Shown: positions 37,664-48,641, numbered from the stretch's first letter. The stretch: DNA of 64,000 bases from Christensenellales bacterium (GCA_050952545.1 JBMNLD010000002.1:240705-304704); one strand, 5' to 3'. Numbers and translations are program-made. The notes: a model not told the origin generated them from the letters alone.

Positions 37664-38481
37664 GTTTAATAATTGATTTTCATACGCATTGTTTTCCCGA
37701 CAGTCTTGCCGAAAAAGCTATTAATAAGCTGATGGAACGGGCGCAAAACAAGCCCTATACCGACGGCACGCTGAAAGACACATATAGGATATTGGACGAA
37801 TGGAATACCGATTACGCCGTGTCGTGTAATATTGCCGTACTGCCTAAAAGCGTGGCGAAAGTAAACGACTTTGCGATCGTGTCGGACGGCGGCAGGATTA
37901 TTTCTTTCGGCTCCGCGCACCCTTTTGCGGATAACTCGGAGAGCGAACTCGAGAGGATAAAGGCGGCGGGCTTAAAAGGAATAAAACTGCACCCGGAATA
38001 TCAGGACTTTGATGTACATATACCCGAAGCGATAAAAATATATAAAAAATGCGCCCAACTTGATTTAATCGTGCTGATTCATTCCGGTAAAGACATCGCC
38101 TATCCGGACTCTTTAAGGGCGGCTCCCGAGTACCTCAGAGAGATATCTGTAAAATCGCCTTACACTAAATTCGTTTTCGCGCATATGGGCGGCGAATGGT
38201 GCTGGGAGGGCGTTATAAAATATGTCGCCGGTCTTGACAATGTATGGCTGGACACGGCATATTCGGCATGCAGTATGGACAGGGAAATGTTCAAAAGAGT
38301 CGCCGAAAAGCACGGTCTTGACAAAATCCTTTACGCCACCGACCTTCCGTGGGATTCAGGTATAAATACACAGCAATATATAAATAATATGGGGTATACG
38401 AAAGAGGAAAAAGATGGTATAATGTATCTTAACGCGTTAAAGCTACTCGGAGGAATTAATGGCTGTAAAGAAAAGGTCTGA
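37660..38481 (+). CDS. Metal-dependent amidohydrolase (TIM-barrel, Amidohydro_2-like)
   Basis: N-terminal IDFHTHC metal-binding motif. Overlaps the upstream membrane gene by 4 nt. Confidence 0.65.
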   Translation: MSLIIDFHTHCFPDSLAEKAINKLMERAQNKPYTDGTLKDTYRILDEWNTDYAVSCNIAVLPKSVAKVNDFAIVSDGGRIISFGSAHPFADNSESELERIKAAGLKGIKLHPEYQDFDVHIPEAIKIYKKCAQLDLIVLIHSGKDIAYPDSLRAAPEYLREISVKSPYTKFVFAHMGGEWCWEGVIKYVAGLDNVWLDTAYSACSMDREMFKRVAEKHGLDKILYATDLPWDSGINTQQYINNMGYTKEEKDGIMYLNALKLLGGINGCKEKV

Positions 38482-40237
38482 AATAGAAGAACGCTATAAA
38501 TGGAATCTCGAACATATCATAAACGGTTCCGCCAAGTGGGAAGAGCTTTTTAACAGCGTCAGCTCAAGAAAAGATATCTGCTTAAAATATAAAGGCAAAT
38601 TAAATAGCGAAAGCGAGCTGTTAAATTGCTTACAAGACGAAGCGGGATTATCCGAGGATATATCCAAGCTCTATATCTACGCCAAGATGAAATCCGACGA
38701 GGATACAGCCGCATCCGAATTTAAGGGCATGGTAGACAGAGCGGAAATGCTTTATGTAACGATTAATTCCTTGAATTCCTTTATCGTGCCCGAAATCACG
38801 AAAATGGACAAGTCTGCAATATTAAGCCTTGCAGCCGATAAGAGGTTTACGGACTTTTCGGTATTATTAGAAGATATAGCGCGCACCAAAGACCATGTCT
38901 TAAATGAGAGCGAAGAGAAAATTCTCGCGGAGAGCGGGATATTCGCGTCGGGATTTCAGGAGACTTTTAATGTCTTGAATAACGCTGACATCAAGTTCGG
39001 CAAAGTCAAAGACGAAGATGGCAATTTAACCGAGATAAACCACGGCGCTTACAGCGTGTTTATGCAGAGCGATGTCAGAAGAGTGAGAAAAGCGGCGTTT
39101 AAAGCGTATTATAAGGGCTTTATCGGACTGAATAATACAATCGCCAATAATTACGCGGGCAATGTCAAGAAAAACTGCTTTTACGCAAAGGTGAGAAAAT
39201 ACGAGAGCGCGCTCAGCCATTCGTTAGATAGCGAGAATGTCGATAAAGTCGTATACGATAAACTCTTATTAAGCGTAAGCGATAATGTAAAGCATGTGCG
39301 TCGTTATGTCCGATTCAGAAAGAAAGCGCTCGGCGTAAACAGAATTCATATGTACGATATGTATGTGCCGCTGATTAAAGGCGCCGAACTGAAAAAGAGC
39401 TATGAAGAGGCTTACGATATGGTCGTCGAGGCATTGGCGCCTCTCGGTAAAGAATATATAAAATTATTAAACGAAGCGCGCAAAGGCGGTTGGATAGATG
39501 TCTATGAGACCCGTAATAAGAGAAGCGGCGCGTATTCGTGGGGCGTTTATGGCGCGCATCCGTATGTGCTCTTAAATTACCGCAAGACAACCCACGATAT
39601 ATTCACAATCGCGCACGAATTGGGTCACGCTATGCACTCTTATTATTCAGGCAAGGCGCAGCCGTTTACCAAGGCAAGCTATGAGATTTTTGTCGCGGAA
39701 GTCGCGAGCACGGTCAATGAGATTCTGATGCTCAAGCACCTTATGAAGACCGATGACGCGAATCTGAAAAAATATCTATTGAGTTATCTCATCGATATGT
39801 TCAGGACTACGCTGTTTAGACAGACGCAATTTGCCGAATTCGAGGCAAGAGCGCACGCTATGGTCGAAGAGGGAACGCCGCTAACTACGGATAACCTCAA
39901 CAGTCTTTATTACGACCTCAATGTGAAATATTACGGTAAAGAAGTCAGCGACGACGAAATCAAATACGAATGGTCGAGAATACCGCATTTTTATAACGCG
40001 TTTTATGTCTATAAATACGCGACGGGAATAATCAGCGCGTGCTCAATTGCGGACAAGATATTAAACGAGACGGGCTATACCGAAAAGTATTACAGATTTT
40101 TAAGCGCCGGCAGAAGCTTGCCTCCTCAGGAGATATTGAAGCTTACCGATGTAGACTTGACTCTTGACGAACCGTACGATACCGCAATGAAATTGTTCAA
40201 AGACGCTTTAGACGAATTAATTTCGCTGTACGAATAA
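38459..40237 (+). CDS. pepF: Oligoendopeptidase F (M3 family)
   Basis: HELGHAMH HExxH motif. About 590 aa. N-terminal EERYKWNLEHI. Confidence 0.85.
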   Translation: MAVKKRSEIEERYKWNLEHIINGSAKWEELFNSVSSRKDICLKYKGKLNSESELLNCLQDEAGLSEDISKLYIYAKMKSDEDTAASEFKGMVDRAEMLYVTINSLNSFIVPEITKMDKSAILSLAADKRFTDFSVLLEDIARTKDHVLNESEEKILAESGIFASGFQETFNVLNNADIKFGKVKDEDGNLTEINHGAYSVFMQSDVRRVRKAAFKAYYKGFIGLNNTIANNYAGNVKKNCFYAKVRKYESALSHSLDSENVDKVVYDKLLLSVSDNVKHVRRYVRFRKKALGVNRIHMYDMYVPLIKGAELKKSYEEAYDMVVEALAPLGKEYIKLLNEARKGGWIDVYETRNKRSGAYSWGVYGAHPYVLLNYRKTTHDIFTIAHELGHAMHSYYSGKAQPFTKASYEIFVAEVASTVNEILMLKHLMKTDDANLKKYLLSYLIDMFRTTLFRQTQFAEFEARAHAMVEEGTPLTTDNLNSLYYDLNVKYYGKEVSDDEIKYEWSRIPHFYNAFYVYKYATGIISACSIADKILNETGYTEKYYRFLSAGRSLPPQEILKLTDVDLTLDEPYDTAMKLFKDALDELISLYE

Positions 40238-40239
40238 AG

Positions 40240-40998
40240 ATGAAGAAGTTATTTGTCCTTACGATATTAATATTTATCCTGATTATCGGCTCGGGGTGCG
40301 CCGAGATTACTTACGGCAGGTATATGTATTCGAACGGCAGCGTCGAGCATAAATACCGCGTCGTTATCGATACGGAATACGATTTCTCGCCTTACGACGC
40401 GGATTACGCGCTGGAAGTGACGAGAATGCAGCTGGAGTTTATGCTTGAAAACAATCCCGATTACGGGGAAATAATCACCAATGAAGAGAATAAATACGAT
40501 ATTTCGCTAGTATACAGATACGAGAGCATGAACGAGTTTTACCGCGCGATGGGCAGAACGGGCGACGAAAAGCCCGAAGTTAACACGGCTGAAACGACAG
40601 AAGGGATGTTTTTTAACGAGACTACGGATTATATTTATTCGGATCTGCGCGAAAATGATATAATAAATTTCTCCAACGATTTCAGAAAATCTGCGTTTTC
40701 GGCGTTTCATTCCGTTCCTTACGACGATATTACATTAAATCTCGAGTACGGCACCAAATACACGAAGTCTTACAAGTCCAACGCGAACAAGACTTTTATC
40801 GAGGACAAGACGAGGATATTCAGATGGACCACGACGCCCGACGATGTCGAATTCGAAAGGCGGATAATTATCACTTACCCCAATGCCGGCGTATGGTATA
40901 TGCTGTCTATTACCGTATCTGTCATAGCCAGCGTGATATTATATATTACGATGAATTTCAGGAAGAAGAATTATGCAAGAGAAGAAATACCCGTATAA
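40240..40998 (+). CDS. Hypothetical lipoprotein with a C-terminal TM helix
   Basis: Signal peptide ending in IGSGC, consistent with a lipobox. C-terminal hydrophobic segment. Confidence 0.45.
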   Translation: MKKLFVLTILIFILIIGSGCAEITYGRYMYSNGSVEHKYRVVIDTEYDFSPYDADYALEVTRMQLEFMLENNPDYGEIITNEENKYDISLVYRYESMNEFYRAMGRTGDEKPEVNTAETTEGMFFNETTDYIYSDLRENDIINFSNDFRKSAFSAFHSVPYDDITLNLEYGTKYTKSYKSNANKTFIEDKTRIFRWTTTPDDVEFERRIIITYPNAGVWYMLSITVSVIASVILYITMNFRKKNYAREEIPV

Positions 40999-42397
40999 TC
41001 TCGAGGCGGAGCGCGCCCTTATTAACGCGGTTCTGACGGACCCCGACGCCGCTATCGATATATTAGATAAATTCGGCGTGGAAGACTTTTATTTCGAGCC
41101 GCATCAGCTGATATTCGCGGTGATGAAAGAACTCGATATGAATAATATCTCGGTAGACCTCGTCACCTTAACAGACGGCCTTGAAAAGCGCGATTACATA
41201 AAAAAAGTCGGAGGGCTTACATATCTTGACAGCCTGATGGTAGCGCTGCCGAGCACGGCAAATTATCGCAATTATATCGAGATAGTAGAGCGCGATTCAA
41301 CCTTAAGAAAATTAATTTCAGCAGCGAATGAAATTGCTTCCGACGCTTATAAATCAGATAATTCCGAGGAAACATTAAGCAAAGCGGAATCTTTAATTTA
41401 CAATATATCCGAAAGCAAAGACAAGAGCAGCCTGCAACAGGCGGCGCCCGTATCAGCCGAAGTCTTAAAGAAAATCAACCTCGCGATTTCGGATAAAAAC
41501 GCGTTCAGGGGCATGCCGTCGTATTTTGAGAACCTCGACAAAAAGCTGAACGGATTGCATAAATCCGATTTGATGCTAGTCGCGGCAAGACCCTCGCTCG
41601 GTAAAACCGCGTTTTCGATGAATATAGTCGCGAATATCATAGAGAACGACCCCGAAAAGGTTATTGCCGTCTTTTCCCTGGAAATGTCGGCGGAACAGCT
41701 TGTCAACAGGCTTATAGCGACTATTTCGAGGACGAGTCTGTCGGACGCTCAGCGCGGAAGCCTGTCCGTTGAAGCGCTGAAGAGAATTTACGAGGCTAAC
41801 AAAATTATCTCCACTAGCAAGCTGTATATCGACGACTCGTCGATGATTAGCCCGCCGCAGATACTCAGTAAATGCAGGCGGCTTGTCAAGAGAGAGGGAC
41901 GGCTTGACTTGCTGATCGTGGACTATTTGCAGCTTATGGTCGGCGGCAGCGGCAAGGAAAACAGACAGGAAGTAGTATCCGAATTCTCAAGAAGAATGAA
42001 GATAACGGCGAAAGAACTGGATGTGCCGCTGATACTTATTTCCCAGCTGTCCAGAGCTGTCGAAAGGCGCGAAGAGAAAACCCCGCAACTGAGCGATTTA
42101 AGGGAATCGGGCTCGATAGAGCAGGACGCGGATATAGTAATGCTGTTACACAGACCGGAAATCAAAGACGGCGAGGACGAGAACCTAAGGCAGCTTATTA
42201 TAGCAAAGCACCGTAACGGCGAAGTGGGCTCGCTATACTTTACCTGGGAGGGCGAATCCCTGAGATTTACGCCGGCTAAGGACCCCGGATTTTATATCTC
42301 GAAGTCGCCTAAACGCACAATCGCCGAAAGCGCCGAACCGCAATATCAAGATAAGTCAGTATCGGATAATGAAGACGACGGCGATTTGAAATATTAA
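40973..42397 (+). CDS. dnaB: Replicative DNA helicase
   Basis: N-terminal PYNLEAERALINAVL. Walker A ARPSLGKTAF. About 470 aa. Confidence 0.9.
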   Translation: MQEKKYPYNLEAERALINAVLTDPDAAIDILDKFGVEDFYFEPHQLIFAVMKELDMNNISVDLVTLTDGLEKRDYIKKVGGLTYLDSLMVALPSTANYRNYIEIVERDSTLRKLISAANEIASDAYKSDNSEETLSKAESLIYNISESKDKSSLQQAAPVSAEVLKKINLAISDKNAFRGMPSYFENLDKKLNGLHKSDLMLVAARPSLGKTAFSMNIVANIIENDPEKVIAVFSLEMSAEQLVNRLIATISRTSLSDAQRGSLSVEALKRIYEANKIISTSKLYIDDSSMISPPQILSKCRRLVKREGRLDLLIVDYLQLMVGGSGKENRQEVVSEFSRRMKITAKELDVPLILISQLSRAVERREEKTPQLSDLRESGSIEQDADIVMLLHRPEIKDGEDENLRQLIIAKHRNGEVGSLYFTWEGESLRFTPAKDPGFYISKSPKRTIAESAEPQYQDKSVSDNEDDGDLKY

Positions 42398-42523
42398 GTT
42401 CCGCTGTCCTTGAAGGGACAGCGGTCATAGCATCATAAAAATTCTTTATTAAACCTTAAATTGTTTTTTTATTTTATATTCTATGCGCCGATAGAGATTC
42501 ATAAATAATTATAGAGGTTAGTT

Positions 42524-42772
42524 ATGAGCTTTATCGAGGAAATTAAAGACAAAATCACGCTTGACGCCGTCACGGGATACCGAGTGCTTTTGTGCTCGGA
42601 TAAAGGCGTATGCGTCGAGGGGCACAGAGGCGTTTACGAGATTTCCGACGAAACAATCAGAATCAGGGTGAAAAACGGCTCGGTCAGCGTGTGCGGTCAT
42701 TCGCTTAAAATTAAGGAAATTTCCGACAGCGAAATCTATATAATCGGCATAATAAAGGGCATAAGCTTATGA
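42524..42772 (+). CDS. yqfC: Sporulation protein YqfC (YabP/YqfC family)
   Basis: 82 aa. Sits immediately upstream of yqfD, as in Bacillus. Confidence 0.7.
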   Translation: MSFIEEIKDKITLDAVTGYRVLLCSDKGVCVEGHRGVYEISDETIRIRVKNGSVSVCGHSLKIKEISDSEIYIIGIIKGISL

Positions 42773-43914
42773 ACAAGACCAAGTTCGTCATACGCGGCAG
42801 AGCGCATTCAATGAAGCTCAATAACCTTATTATGAAAGGCTTTAAGCCTAATAATGTCCAAAGCCTTAATAAACGCCTGATTTTCGAGGAGGAAAGCCGC
42901 AACGAAAAGCGCCTTCAGGCCGCACTGGACGAATTATGCTACGATTATGAAATAATCGGGCGGCGCGGCCCGAAACATACGGCAATAAATCTTATATGCA
43001 ATCAGGGCTTATTCATAGGTTTAATTGTGTCCTTGATTTTATTAATCGCATGCACTTTTTTCGTATTTGACATAAACATTATAGGCGCCGAAAAGACGGA
43101 AAAGGAATTAATTTATAACATATTAAAAGAATCCGGCGTAAGAAAATTCGGTCTGATTTATACGATTGACAAGAGAGCCGTAGCCGAAAACGTTCTCGCA
43201 ATCGAAGGCATTTCTTCGGCATCCGTGGAGACCCGGGGCGTCAAGGTGTATGTATATATTAAGGAAGAGCTTGATAAACCCGATTTAATTGACTACACTA
43301 AGCCAGTACCCGTAATATCCGATTATGACGCTATCGTAACCCGCGTCGTCGTGCTGACGGGTACGGCCGCGGTAAAAAATGGCGATACCGTATTAAAGGG
43401 ACAGACCCTGATATATCCGTACTTAACCAACAAAAAGGAAAACGAGGAGACCGAAGAGATAAGAGTGGATATAAGGGCTACGGGGATGGTGTACGGCAGA
43501 GTATGGTATAAAGAAAGCTTTGTGTTAAGCGACGAGACAATAATAACAAAGCGGACGGGAAAGTACAAGGAATATGTAACTCCATCGTATATTTTTAAGG
43601 GCGGACACAGGGCGGATATCCCGTATGAAAGATACGAGACGGAGCAAAAAACCGTGTATTTCAACGCGGTTTTTCCGCTCAAAGTTACATATACGAGATA
43701 TTACGAACTGGAGGATTATGTCGTAAAGACGGATATAATCAAGCAAAAAGATTTGCTGGTCTCGGAGGCTTATATTAGACTTTCAAGCCGTATACCCGAC
43801 GACGCGCAAACTTTAAGATTCTGGACTAATGTAAAAGAAGTAGACAATCTGACCTATATAGATGTATACTTAGAGACAGAACAAAGAATTGATAGCGGAG
43901 GAGAGTTTGGATAA
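42769..43914 (+). CDS. yqfD: Sporulation protein YqfD
   Basis: 381 aa with one TM. Synteny yqfC-yqfD-phoH. Confidence 0.7.
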   Translation: MNKTKFVIRGRAHSMKLNNLIMKGFKPNNVQSLNKRLIFEEESRNEKRLQAALDELCYDYEIIGRRGPKHTAINLICNQGLFIGLIVSLILLIACTFFVFDINIIGAEKTEKELIYNILKESGVRKFGLIYTIDKRAVAENVLAIEGISSASVETRGVKVYVYIKEELDKPDLIDYTKPVPVISDYDAIVTRVVVLTGTAAVKNGDTVLKGQTLIYPYLTNKKENEETEEIRVDIRATGMVYGRVWYKESFVLSDETIITKRTGKYKEYVTPSYIFKGGHRADIPYERYETEQKTVYFNAVFPLKVTYTRYYELEDYVVKTDIIKQKDLLVSEAYIRLSSRIPDDAQTLRFWTNVKEVDNLTYIDVYLETEQRIDSGGEFG

Positions 43915-44872
43915 AACCCTTACAAAGACCATCGGCAATCTAGACGATTTGATTAAGCTGTTCGGTACTTACGACGAAAATATAGCTATAATTGAAAGCG
44001 AATTAAATGTATCAATCACAACGATAGGCTCCAACTTAAATATTCGCGGCGATGAAGAAAATGTCAATATGGCGAGCGATATTATAGACACTCTGTTTAA
44101 GACCTTAAACGCCGACGAGCCATTGAAGAAAAAACAAGTTATGCTCGCAATAGAGCTTGCGAGAACCGGCAACCTCGAAGATATTTCCGGGCTGATGAGC
44201 ATTGTCGCGATAACCGCCAGAGGGAAAAGGATTAAATGTAAGACCTTAGGTCAGAAGAAATATGTCCAAGCAATCAAAGACAATCCGATAGTATTCGGCG
44301 TAGGCCCCGCCGGCACGGGAAAGACTTATCTTGCCGTCGCGCTCGCGGTCATGGCGTACAAGAATAAAGAAGTAGAAAGGATAATTTTAACAAGACCCGC
44401 AGTCGAAGCGGGCGAGAAACTCGGCTTTCTGCCGGGAGACCTCGAAAAGAAAGTAGACCCCTACCTCAGACCCTTATATGACGCGTTGAGCGAAATGTTC
44501 GGGCTCGAGACCTATATGACGCTTATAGAGCGGGGAGTAATCGAGATAGCCCCTCTCGCTTATATGAGAGGCAGGACATTAAATAACGCCTTTATAATAC
44601 TCGACGAGGCGCAGAATACGACCAAAGAGCAGATGAAAATGTTTCTGACAAGAATGGGCGAGGGCAGCAAAGTCGTGGTAACGGGCGATGTCACGCAGAT
44701 TGACCTGCCGACTAATAAAATGTCCGGACTGCTGCACGCTATCAAAGTATTGAAGAACATAAAAGGCATTAATATTAATATGCTGACGCATAAGGATGTT
44801 GTAAGACACGAATTGGTACAGAATATTATTATGGCGTACGAAAACAGCGAGAAAGCAAGGAAAGGCAGTTAA
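43889..44872 (+). CDS. phoH: PhoH-family ATPase
   Basis: Walker A GPAGTGKTYLAVA. An alternative TTG start at 43904 has a better RBS. Confidence 0.85.
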   Translation: MIAEESLDKTLTKTIGNLDDLIKLFGTYDENIAIIESELNVSITTIGSNLNIRGDEENVNMASDIIDTLFKTLNADEPLKKKQVMLAIELARTGNLEDISGLMSIVAITARGKRIKCKTLGQKKYVQAIKDNPIVFGVGPAGTGKTYLAVALAVMAYKNKEVERIILTRPAVEAGEKLGFLPGDLEKKVDPYLRPLYDALSEMFGLETYMTLIERGVIEIAPLAYMRGRTLNNAFIILDEAQNTTKEQMKMFLTRMGEGSKVVVTGDVTQIDLPTNKMSGLLHAIKVLKNIKGININMLTHKDVVRHELVQNIIMAYENSEKARKGS

Positions 44873-44874
44873 AA

Positions 44875-46311
44875 ATGAACGAGTACTTTAAGAATCTGAT
44901 ATCTAATAAGAAAACTCTGATTTCGATACTTCTCTTGGTGCTGCTGTCAAGCGTAATAACAATCATAGAGCTTATTATAGTCAATCCCACGCTGGATATT
45001 TTTGCGGATAAAGGGCTGGTATTTCTGACTCTGAACGCGCTGACATTTCTTTTTATCCTGATTTTATTCCTGTATGTAATCAACAACCATAGCGACGACA
45101 GGCATATATCGAGGACGCTGGGGCTAATATTTACGGCGCTGACCATTACCGTCCTGCTTTCGTTTGTAATGAAAGAATTTGTCAACGACTACGCTATGCC
45201 GATAGCGCTGTGCGGGCTCATACTCGTATTGTTGTCCGACAAAAAAATCGCGATTTTTTCCACGGTTATTGCCGCGCAATTAATCTTTATCGCGTATTCG
45301 GTTACTGCGGCGTACGGCATAAGCTCATCCACGCTTACCGATGCGACGGCGGTCGTTACGGCGCTTGCGGGCGGACTGATTATGGTGTTTTTTATCTCGC
45401 AGAATTATACGAGGGTATGGCTTATTTCGCTGGCGCTTTTTACGGGTATCGTAATGGGTTTATTCGCGTCGCTGTCAGTTGCGATCGAATCTGAATCCTT
45501 AATGTTCAGGGTCGTGCTTTCGGCGGGACTCTGGACGGTTGCGGGCAGCGCAATTTCCGTTACGCTCGCTATGGTGCTGCTGCCAATAATCGAAAAAGTC
45601 TTCGGACTGGTGTCCAACTTCAGCTTAATGGAATATTGCTCGTTCGACAATCCGATATTAAAGAGATTAAAAGACGAGGCGCCCGGCACATTTAACCACA
45701 GTCTGGTCGTAGGAAATCTAGCAGAGCACTGCGCTCTTGCGATAGGCAAGAATCCCGCGCTTGCGAGGGCGGCGGCATATTATCACGATGTCGGCAAGCT
45801 GAAAAACCCCGAATTCTTTATCGAAAACCAACAAGACGGAATAAACCCCCACGACGACCTGATACCCGAAGTCAGCGTAAGCATGATCACGCAGCACGCG
45901 GACGAAGGATATAAATTACTGACTAAGCATAATTTCCCTAAAATCATTTCGGACGTCAGTAGAGAGCATCACGGCGACAGCCCCGTACAGTTTTTCTATT
46001 ACAAGGCGCAGAGCATCACGGAGGGCAAATTAAATTCCGAGCAATACCGCTATAAAGGCCCGAAACCGCGCTCCGTAACATCCGCGATAGTTATGATAGC
46101 GGATATCGTCGAGGCGTCAAGCAGGACCAAAGGCGCTATGAGCCATGAGGAAATAACCGCGCATGTCGAGACGCTCATTAAAGAAAAAATCGGCACGGGT
46201 CAATTTGAAGACTGTCCGATTACGATGAAAGATTTGAATATTATCAAGAAGACGATAGTTAATGTCCTGCCCGGGATTTATCACGGCAGGTTGAGTTATC
46301 CGGAGAAATAA
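44875..46311 (+). CDS. pgpH: 7TM-receptor HD-domain phosphohydrolase (YqfF/PgpH-like c-di-AMP phosphodiesterase family)
   Basis: N-terminal 7TM region. HD motif YYHDVGK. Confidence 0.7.
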   Translation: MNEYFKNLISNKKTLISILLLVLLSSVITIIELIIVNPTLDIFADKGLVFLTLNALTFLFILILFLYVINNHSDDRHISRTLGLIFTALTITVLLSFVMKEFVNDYAMPIALCGLILVLLSDKKIAIFSTVIAAQLIFIAYSVTAAYGISSSTLTDATAVVTALAGGLIMVFFISQNYTRVWLISLALFTGIVMGLFASLSVAIESESLMFRVVLSAGLWTVAGSAISVTLAMVLLPIIEKVFGLVSNFSLMEYCSFDNPILKRLKDEAPGTFNHSLVVGNLAEHCALAIGKNPALARAAAYYHDVGKLKNPEFFIENQQDGINPHDDLIPEVSVSMITQHADEGYKLLTKHNFPKIISDVSREHHGDSPVQFFYYKAQSITEGKLNSEQYRYKGPKPRSVTSAIVMIADIVEASSRTKGAMSHEEITAHVETLIKEKIGTGQFEDCPITMKDLNIIKKTIVNVLPGIYHGRLSYPEK

Positions 46312-46770
46312 ATGATACAGGTATTCGGCGGAGAGGCTCACGCCAATCTCATTAAGACTGTTTATAACGCAACACTGGTTTCGCTCGGTATAGACGATAT
46401 ACTAAGCGTTGATTTGAGTTTTACGGACGAAGAGACAATGCGCGAGTTAAATAACAACAACAGGGAAATAAACGCGCCTACGGATGTATTGAGCTTTCCG
46501 TATGTAGATATAAAATTCCCGATTGATATCATTGATTACCCGAACGATATCGACCCCGATACGGGAAAGATTATGGTAGGAGAGATTATGCTCTGCCTTA
46601 CAGTCATCAAAGAGCACGCCAAAGAGTACGACAACAGTTTAAGGCGGGAAATCGCGTATATGACCGTGCACGGGCTTCTGCATCTGCTCGGTTTCGACCA
46701 TATGAACGAAGACGACAAGACGGTAATGCGAAAAAAAGAAGAAGAAATCCTCGGCGCGATAGGCTATTAA
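46312..46770 (+). CDS. ybeY: rRNA maturation endoribonuclease YbeY
   Basis: HGLLHLLGFDH zinc-binding motif. Confidence 0.85.
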   Translation: MIQVFGGEAHANLIKTVYNATLVSLGIDDILSVDLSFTDEETMRELNNNNREINAPTDVLSFPYVDIKFPIDIIDYPNDIDPDTGKIMVGEIMLCLTVIKEHAKEYDNSLRREIAYMTVHGLLHLLGFDHMNEDDKTVMRKKEEEILGAIGY

Positions 46771-47651
46771 TGATTAAATCCGGATTCATAGCAATAATAG
46801 GAAGACCCAATGCGGGCAAATCCACTCTGATAAATAAAATTGTCGGTGAGAAGGTGTCCATTGTATCTTTCAGACCGCAGACTACGAGAAACAGAATTCT
46901 CGGAATTATCAACAGAGAGGATTTGCAGGCGGTGTTTATTGATACGCCGGGTATTCACAGGGCGAAAGATAAGCTGTCCGAATATATGTTAAAGAGCGTT
47001 AACAATTCTCTCGAGGGGGTCGACGCTGTGCTCTATTTATTAGACGGCTCTGGCTATATGGACGATATAGACAGGGATTTTTTCAATAACTACTCCGCAC
47101 AGGCGCCTTTGATTGCTGCCGTCAATAAGTCGGATAAAGCAGGTCGTGAAAAGTGCGTAAAGTTTTTATCCGAATTAAACGGATTCGATAAGATAAGAGC
47201 CGTATTTGTAATATCAGCGCTACGCGGGGATAATGTCGGCGAACTAACGGACGAGCTTTATAAGTATCTTCCCCCGGGCGATAAGATGTACCCCGAGGAT
47301 ATGTATACGGACAGGACAATGCGCTTTATCGTCTCGGAAATAATCCGCGAAAAGGCGATTTTTCATCTGGAGCAGGAAATTCCTTACACATTAGGCGTCA
47401 TAATCCGCTCCTATTCTAAAAGACAAGATAAATTTATTACGGATATCGCCGCGGACATCATTGCGGAAAGGGAGGCGCACAAGCCCATTATCATCGGAAA
47501 GGGCGGGAGTATGCTCAGAAAAATCGGCGAACAAGCGAGATTGGACATCGAACGCTTGACAGGCGGCAAAGTATTTCTTAAACTCTATGTAAAGGTGCTT
47601 AAAAATTGGCGCGAAAGCAAAAGCGCTTTGGAAGAATTAGGATATTCATAA
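46770..47651 (+). CDS. era: GTPase Era
   Basis: G1 GRPNAGKST. C-terminal KH domain. Confidence 0.9.
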   Translation: MIKSGFIAIIGRPNAGKSTLINKIVGEKVSIVSFRPQTTRNRILGIINREDLQAVFIDTPGIHRAKDKLSEYMLKSVNNSLEGVDAVLYLLDGSGYMDDIDRDFFNNYSAQAPLIAAVNKSDKAGREKCVKFLSELNGFDKIRAVFVISALRGDNVGELTDELYKYLPPGDKMYPEDMYTDRTMRFIVSEIIREKAIFHLEQEIPYTLGVIIRSYSKRQDKFITDIAADIIAEREAHKPIIIGKGGSMLRKIGEQARLDIERLTGGKVFLKLYVKVLKNWRESKSALEELGYS

Positions 47652-47713
47652 TAGGGCTCAAAGGTAATTTTACATATTAAAATCCGCATTCTAAATTAGT
47701 GAGGTGACATAGT

Positions 47714-47833
47714 ATGGATGATATTACGAAGAAAGTCTATCGGATATTTGAAAAGACTGGTGAGCCCGGAATATATATGCTATATAAGGCGTTACAGGAT
47801 GACAATCGTAAAAAGGATCGGATAGATGAGTGA
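47714..47833 (+). CDS. yqzL: YqzL-family small protein, 39 aa (below the ORF-track size cutoff)
   Basis: MDDITKKVYRIFEKTGEPGIYMLYKAL resembles YqzL. Lies between era and recO as in B. subtilis. Its stop overlaps the recO start (ATGAGTGA). Confidence 0.55.
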   Translation: MDDITKKVYRIFEKTGEPGIYMLYKALQDDNRKKDRIDE

Positions 47834-48548
47834 TATCAGAGTAAACGCCCTCAACATAAGGGCGGTTGATTACTCGGAAGGCGACAAACTATTAACCTTA
47901 TTGACTTATGAAAGAGGCAGAATTACGGCGAAGATTAGAAGCGTTAAAGCGCCGAAATCCAAGCTGAAATACGCTGCCTCTCCGTTTACTTTCGGCGAAT
48001 ATCTGCTCGCTTATAAGAACGGCAGGTACACCGTGTGCGGCTGCGACCTTAAAGAGAGTTTTTCAAATATCTCAAGCGATTATGAAAAGTTTTATTCAGC
48101 ATCCGCGCTTAACGAAGCGTGTTACAGACTGACCAAAGATAATTTGGAATGTCGTGAACTGATCTCCTGCCTTTTAACGCGTCTTAAAGTATTAAATTAT
48201 ACGGATATATTTCCCGCGCTCGTCGCAGCAGACGGGCTGTTAAAGATACTCGCGCTGTCGGGTTACAGCGTAATCGGCGATGGTTGCGCCGTATGCGGGA
48301 GCGAAGATTGCGGGTATTTTTCCCTTTCTTCCGGCGGCACGGTGTGTAAGGAACACAGCAGGGACATCGATATAAAGGTAAGCGCAAAGCTGACTGATTT
48401 ATTGAAAAAAATTTCTTATTCCGATATCGGCGAAATAAACGCCGACAGGCAAACGGTTATCGAGGCGCTGAATCTTATAAGCGGCTATTTTACATATCAA
48501 ACGGATGCTCCCCTTAAATCCGTTTCGGGTTTAATAGCAGTTCTTTGA
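47826..48548 (+). CDS. recO: DNA repair protein RecO
   Basis: N-terminal OB fold (ALNIRAVDYSEGDKLLTLLT). CxxC...C zinc motif CAVCGSEDCGY...CKEH. Confidence 0.85.
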   Translation: MSDIRVNALNIRAVDYSEGDKLLTLLTYERGRITAKIRSVKAPKSKLKYAASPFTFGEYLLAYKNGRYTVCGCDLKESFSNISSDYEKFYSASALNEACYRLTKDNLECRELISCLLTRLKVLNYTDIFPALVAADGLLKILALSGYSVIGDGCAVCGSEDCGYFSLSSGGTVCKEHSRDIDIKVSAKLTDLLKKISYSDIGEINADRQTVIEALNLISGYFTYQTDAPLKSVSGLIAVL

Positions 48549-48641
48549 TATCTTAGGCGCGATATGCGCTCATTTTACTTGTAAAAAAATGCCAAAAGTA
48601 TTAGAATATAGTGTGACAAAATTATAAGGAGTATTTATTAG

